A DNA stretch of 64,000 bases, taken from assembly GCF_964204645.1 (NCBI RefSeq), contig NC_134029.1, positions 20,578,950-20,642,949 on the forward strand, given 5' to 3'. The position numbers and the translations under genes were made by a program. Origin of the DNA: Tubulanus polymorphus. Lineage: Eukaryota > Animalia > Nemertea. Position 1 is the first letter of the stretch. Each line of letters opens with the position of its first letter. The notes under the pieces were generated by a model. It saw nothing but the letters and a program-made list of their open reading frames with translations. It was not told the origin of the DNA and ran no database searches. Positions 56,201 through 64,000 of the stretch are shown in pieces.

Positions 56201-59200
56201 AACGATATCATAAACTCTGACTTACGTCTTGATCAGGTTTTAGAAATTTCGGTTTTTTACTTTTTCGATAATTTTCCCATTTAAGATGTCGTAATCGTTT
56301 GCGGTCGGCGTGTTGTTGCTTGCGTTGCGTGCTAGTTGTGTACTGTTGCTGCTCTTCACTGAACAATAAGTTATGATCCTTCAATAAATCTTTGAATTGT
56401 TGTCTTAATTTCGACATTTCGTAAAATCTTTGTTCCTCGAATCCGCGTCTGCTGCACCATTTCTTGCTTCCACGTCCTTCGGCTTTTATCTGAAAAAACA
56501 ATTTTCCCACTTTGAGCTTATTGTTCACTAGATTATATGATAATGAATTCTAATAGATGGCATTAAGATATAACCGATTAATGCAGTCAGCAGAGCTTAT
56601 GGACATATGGGCACTCACAATTCCCTCATTAATTCCCTGATCGAAATCTCCAAATTCCCTGACCCACGCTCGACAATAACTGAACGACTGATTTATTAGC
56701 AGGGATGTCGGAAAGAAATTTACGATGTCACCTAAGATCAGAAAATCTTACCTTGATCCACTCGTCATAGGCATTCAGAATTGTAAATGGATCACCGTGT
56801 TCAGACTCCAGTGATTTCCTATTAGCCTAAAAATTGAAATGCACAACTTCCAGATACAATGTCCCTACACATTGAATGAACTAACGTGCTTGCGATAAAA
56901 ACACCAAAAATTCAACTCACAACTGCATCTCGGTCGGTATGCGCTTTACTCGTGAATGGTGATTGTACGCTGAGAGCAGCCGCCAACCTGAGAACAGGTT
57001 CTACCATCTGTAAAACAAAACATCCCAACGTTTTAAATTCATCAGAACTTTTTCATACACGTTCAATAATGACTTAGACGCTTACATGAAAATTGGATCC
57101 CATGATTAACATTTTTCCAACTACGACGTCGACGGGCAGTCGAGATAAGAGCTGACCAATAGGAGTAATCTCCTCATTTGAGTTTATAGCGCCTTGTTCT
57201 TTCAAGTAAAATATTGAATTCTCTATACTGGAGGCTGGCGGCGATTCAATGAATGGAAATCTGTAATCACGTGAATAAAAGTTCTAAGATAATCAAAGAT
57301 TCCTTGAAATATAGGCTTGAAACATTTCATTTAATCAAACTCTTTTTCAAAATCTGGTTTTTGAAATCGCGCTTACTTTCTGGCATCTGGAAGGCCCATG
57401 TTGATAACTTGTAAGACAACGGAATCTAACGGTACCCTCTGTATTTCAGGAGTTGTGTACTCTTGGAAATTATTATAATCAGATTCATCGTACAGTCGAT
57501 AACAAACACCCGGTCCGGTACGTCCTACAAGATCGAATATTTCATTCATGAAAGCATTGTCGTCTAAAGCCTATTCGTATTAGTCTGGGGTTGATTTTTT
57601 GGGGATATTTCTCTCAATTTCTTTAACGCATATCTCAATTTGGTCTTAATACGACCAGTGAAACTGTGCAGTCTAAATAAACCATCGATTTTATATCCAT
57701 TTTACACTGTATTGAAGGATTGCCAAAAATTCCAAAAATTTGGCCATGTGTTCATGTAAATACGTACCAGCTCTTCCCTTCCTCTGTTCGGCGCTTGCTC
57801 GACTGATCCAGAACTCTTGTAATCTTTGCATCTTATATTTCGGATCGTAGCTCATTTCTTTCACCTTTCCCGAATCGACGATGAATCTGACGCCATCGAT
57901 AGTAACAGACGTCTCCGCTATATTCGTCGACACGATACATTTCCTCGTACCTTCCGGAGCAATATCGAACACCTGTGATACATACGAAACATTCAGAAAT
58001 GATCCAATACAGATCCTGATATGGAACGGACCCGTAGTCTGACCGATTTTATGGGCAGTCCATTTTCGCGAAAAATGTGGACCTTGTTTGACAGACCTTC
58101 TACAATGCCCCTATTATGATGGCAAAAATGCTTGGAATTCGAGGCCTCCAATGGAGTTCACTACCCATCCTGATAGTATTATGTATCATGTATTAAATAC
58201 ATAGGACAAGCCTAGGATTTTTTAGTTTTCTGAAACTTTATTTTTTCAAAAGCGGACCTTTTTCGGATTTTGGGCGCTTCATCACAATCCCCTTTAACCC
58301 ACCCTCGCTACGGGTGTGTGGAAGGTGGTTATATTGAAAATGCTATATTCGGATAAGTAGGAATAAGAATGAAAGTTTTCGTCTGACCTTATCCTGTTCA
58401 GCTATCGATAAAGCGCTGTGTAACGGTAAAACAATCCATCGTCTTGTTTCCTGAGCAAACATACGAGCAGTTTCACAAACGGTCATAATTTCAGTCATAC
58501 CACTGAGAAATATTAACATATCACCTCTTTCTGTAGCTGGATACTGAAAATACGAAGATTTTAGTAACCTGTTTATTGAAACTGAACGAATGAGTCGTAA
58601 ATATTCCTCTGTTTAGGCCCATGTTTCATAATACTCGATAAACTCTGGATGGTTTTATTCCATCATTTCACCTTGTGATCAATCTTCTGCATGATTCTTA
58701 TGTACGGTCTTGGATCGATTTTTGCCGCCTTGTCTTCAGAAGCGATGGGACAATACTCGAGCGTTATAGGGTAAAGTCTGCCGGGAACCTGTAGAAACAA
58801 TGCTAACAATTTACATGATTTGTAGGTATGATTGATTTCTTTATCATCTGAAATGAGTAAATAATAGAAATAAACTGACCTTAACAACTGGACAATTGCT
58901 GAAATAACTGCCGAAGAGTTCAATGTTTATAGTTGCCGACATCAAAATGATCTTTAAATCTGGGCGATGCATAATGAGACATTTTAATACACCGAGTAAA
59001 AAGTCTGTATGAATGTGTCTTTCATGCACCTGAAAATAGAATACACATTTTTCACCAAAACCAGGATTCAACCCCTTACGTGTTATGTTCAGTGTATCTG
59101 AAAACTGGAATTAAGACAAACCTCATCAATCACAATGACGGAGTAGATTGACAATAATTCATCTGAAGCCATCTGTCGTAATAACAAGCCTACAAATCAT

Positions 59201-61346
59201 TCAAATCACAAAATTAACGAATCAATCTATTACATTCTATGACAAGATGCCAAAAGTAAAGCATTCAACGACAAGAAATCAATTTACCTTCAGTTAAGAA
59301 CAGCACTCTGGTTCCTTGGTTTTTCTCTCTTTCAAAGCGAACCTTAAATTCAAAGAAACAATTATCTACTGGTATATAAAATATGACAAACCATGAAACA
59401 GCTTCAGGCCCAAGCAACCTTTTTCGGTACAAAAATATATCACACCACAGCCATCTCATGTTCGATCAACCAATTTTTCTTGTAATGATCAGCTTTGGGT
59501 AGTTAGTTATCTAATCGCTGGTGGTAAGCTTTTTATAATCGGATGGACTTGGTTTGTGAAAATATTCGATCGTGAAACTAAATCACAGACAGGTTACTGA
59601 CTAGGCTTTAGGGAGATACACATGTACATATCAAACATCTAGATAATTGATCGAAGCGTATTCAGGTGGTCTGAAAATGACAGAAGACTTCCTTTACCTG
59701 GTAACCAACGTCTTTCGTTTCTTCTTTCAACATTTCATAACCGACTCTTTTAGCTAACGAAATACAGGCTATACGACGAGGTTGTGTACAAGCAATCTTA
59801 TCGTAACCAGCTTCGATCAAATACTGAGGCACCTGTAAAACATTTCGGCAATCCTCATAAGCTATGATAAAGCAACCGTTTAACGCCATATATAGGCCTA
59901 CCGATATTTCTAAATTTGCGACCGAAATGGAACCGATAGTTTTACCTGCGTTGATTTCCCGCAGCCAGTATCACCGGCCACCAAAATAACTTGATTAGCT
60001 TCGACCATCTCCAATATGTCGCTCTTATATTGGTAAATTGGCAAATTTTGCTTTGCTTCGATTATTTTCTGTTCTTTCGCGATCTTCGTAAAAAAATTAG
60101 ATTGCCATAGTAAATTATATTAATAATGTGCAGTATATACTATGTATCATATGAAAGTACTTCCTCATTATCTATCTACCTTTTGTTTCTCAAGGAAGAA
60201 AAAGTAATGCATGACGATATTTTTGAATTGAGAAACTCTTCTTCCCTCTAATTTTGAATTATCTGCAATTATCATAAATCCATAATCAGGCTTCAGTAGG
60301 ATAAGGCCTGATGCTGTTATACATTCACTATCAGTGCTGAGTAGCAAGCAGTTTTCTGTCCTGCTGGCTGCATAAATATAGCGAGCTGGCAACATTTCAA
60401 AGGCATCAAACAATTCATGAGGTTGAAGAATCCATTAGGGAAGGCTTCAGGGAACCAAGATCCGACGTAAAGCAAGATAAAAACAGATACATAGAAACAA
60501 AACAATCTAACAGAACAAGATTGATCCGCTTACCGCTGGTGTAAACTCCGTGTTTCAAGTATTCTTGAATCTCCTTCGTTTCTATTTGTTTTTTGTACTT
60601 CTCAGGTAAATCGGCGCTAGTTCTTTTAACTGGTTCAGATGGCGTAAGTGGATCATCTAAAAATGAGGAGATGACATTTAGATTTTCTCATCGATATATC
60701 ACAAAATATGCAGTAAAACATGTACAAACCCGTACCTTTCCTCGAGAGAAGTTTCCTTCTTTTTACTGACTGATATTTCCTTAGAAATTCCCAGAACTCA
60801 TGATATTCTTTCGAGCCCCTGATAATGATACAAAAGCAAAATTTTCAACAGCCCATTTTAAATCACAAGACAGGACATAGGCCTAATAGACTTAGAATAC
60901 AGTACCTTTTTATAGTATCTTCATCTTTGAAGAAGATCTTCGCCAAAGATGACCTGTATTCTTCAAAGTTGAAATCATAGTCATCATCATGTTCCTCACG
61001 TCTTTCCTTCCACTCTTGTTTGGAAGTTACATTATCGTAATCTTGCTCTTCTTCCTTTTTACAAGTCTTTTTGCTCTTTTCGTCCAACTCTTCAGCATAT
61101 CTGGAATCAGATCTCCTACATCTGCCATAATTATCACGTTCCACTTGGTCGCTATCTTTGTGGTTATAATATCTAGTTTGTGAGTCACTGCATTGATTTT
61201 TATTATGTCGCGATCTTTCTGTCATGTGTTCAGCGTATTCATCGATTGATTTCCTTTTTTTTTCTTTCGTGTTTGTGTTTTTTATGTTTACTTCTTGATC
61301 TCGATGAATCTTTTCGATGGTGTGAGTAATCTTCATCTTCTTTCAT
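53262..61346 (-). CDS. DHX34: DEAH-box RNA helicase DHX34 (NMD factor), many exons
   Basis: [53 protein letters not shown] motifs, plus [17 protein letters not shown] and a C-terminal CDTC...EILRHRKSH tail typical of DHX34. The start is ambiguous (61346 or 61336). Confidence 0.92.
53531..53619. mobile_element. Short MITE in the last DHX34 intron
   Basis: agttttattgactggtattat ... ataataccagtctataaaact inverted repeat. Confidence 0.6.
54533..54640. mobile_element. Foldback remnant in a DHX34 intron
   Basis: agtagataaaaacccacaataaaaaa ... ttttttatagtgggtttttatctact. Confidence 0.6.
59500..59603 (-). mobile_element. MITE family A, copy 4 (small internal deletion)
   Basis: Reverse complement of family A; flanks agctttggg / ggctttagg (7 of 9). 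Confidence 0.8.
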
Positions 61347-62276
61347 CTTTCACTCAAACCAATTTGGAGTAGGCCTAGCATAGCCAATTAAATCAAAGTC
61401 AAAACTGCCATCGCTTGCTAAAATAGAAAGTAATAGTTCTTTCAAACAGATGTAAACTTTCTTTTATCAGTCTAAATTGCCCACATCATAATCTGCATCT
61501 ATGACGGCAAAGCAACTACTCTGGAAAAAGATGACACAGTAAACCAACTCCAACACGGCACAGGGGACTTTGTTTGAGCTGAGGATCACAATGTGTGACA
61601 GGTCTTCTTCTTGGTAGGATCAGGTACTACGTCTACGTGGTAGGACTGCATCAGAATTACTTTTAATTTAGAGCAACAGATGTGATGGATTATTTTAGAA
61701 TATGGAGGTCGATATTTAGATCAAGACTACAATGACTAAGTATCAACAGGTTGTCAAAAGCCAAAACGTATTGCGCAATACCAAACAACGAACCACCACA
61801 CTACCAGGTTGGTTATGTCTCAACTCAATGGCTCTTAATCAGTCAAATTGGAAACGTATTGCAACATCGTCATGATCATATTAGGAAAATATAAACAATT
61901 TAACATTAAGAATCGTTGATTCAAATGAATGAATTCCCCAAATACTTAGAAAAGAATTGCCAAAGTTGAACTTAGTTTTTCTTACTAAATTTACAAAGCA
62001 AAGTTCTTTACTCAAACTCTTGAGATGTAATAATAATAAAGTTTATATTTTGTGCTCTTCATAACGGTAATCAATCTCAAATATGTTTGTGTGACAGGGT
62101 TTGAGTTTGACGTATAAACTTCAGAGTCTATTGCACTAATTGCACTGTGTAATTAGGAATGTTAATTACGTAATTGCGCGCACGCGCGGCGGCGAGTACG
62201 TGTCCAAACTAGCTCAGCGGCGATGACGTATTTGCACCGCCGCCTGATGATCGAAGAACTATAAATAGTTTGAGCT

Positions 62277-62342
62277 AGAATATTCGAGAACTGACCAATG
62301 AAGGATTGCCATTTAGTCACGTGAGTTGAATTGGTATATAAA
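62277..62342 (+). promoter_or_regulatory. Polyubiquitin promoter: heat-shock element, CCAAT box, E-box and TATA box
   Basis: aGAAtaTTCgaGAAc (62277-62291) is a perfect 3-unit HSE; ccaat 62295; gtcacgtga 62316; tatataaa 62335; a 5' UTR intron follows at 62437-62765. Confidence 0.8.
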
Positions 62343-62742
62343 CCGTCGGGCGCCCATTGTTAGGCATAATAAACACAAACTCGAACACGAACGCAGAACT
62401 TTGTCTATCGCGAAAGCTTAAATATCACAAAATCAAGTAAGTTTTATAAGCTGTTTACTCGTTTAAATGTTTTGGTAACGATCATTCGATGTATGAAATA
62501 GTAAGCGATGTATAAGTTGCGAAGATATCTCTGTTAAAATAAATACGTAGAAAGACGGAAAAGGATGATTACATTTGGGAACGAAGTTCAAGGTCAAACT
62601 AAATGAATAAATTAGAAATTTGCTGACGTAGTTTATGCGTTGTCATTCTAGGAAATGGACGAATTAATAATCATGAAATCTCCATATACGTACATAGAAA
62701 TAAAGTTTTTTTTTTATACGAAGTTAAAAAAGCATTGTCTAA

Positions 62743-64000
<1,258 letters not shown>

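Noticed and set aside
60270-60470. GC-richer intronic stretch in DHX34 with small hairpins, considered as an H/ACA RNA or poison exon
   Set aside because: Hairpins are too short and box spacing is unconvincing; no clear splice pair.

Overview
Intron-rich eukaryotic (invertebrate animal) genomic DNA, AT-rich and gene-dense. I can reconstruct 11 protein-coding loci: the last exon of a DHRSX/RDH-like short-chain dehydrogenase, CFAP97, an uncharacterised gene with an HMG-box-like N-terminus, ZMAT2, FAM114A-like, ZNF330, CHCHD7, a PPEF/rdgC phosphatase, POLR3C, DHX34 and a polyubiquitin that runs off the window end. Non-coding DNA holds many MITE-type elements, one tRNA-derived SINE and several very short palindromes flanked by 7-bp direct repeats that look like transposon excision footprints. 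The best-supported oddities are a polyubiquitin with identical 90-nt introns in only some repeats, a U12-type intron next to a GC-AG intron in POLR3C, and a frame split at the DHX34 N-terminus. The most speculative is a hairpin-rich region of about 1.4 kb after the HMG-like gene that begins with a telomere-template-like motif. All calls were made by eye without database searches or folding software, so exon boundaries may be off by a few bases.
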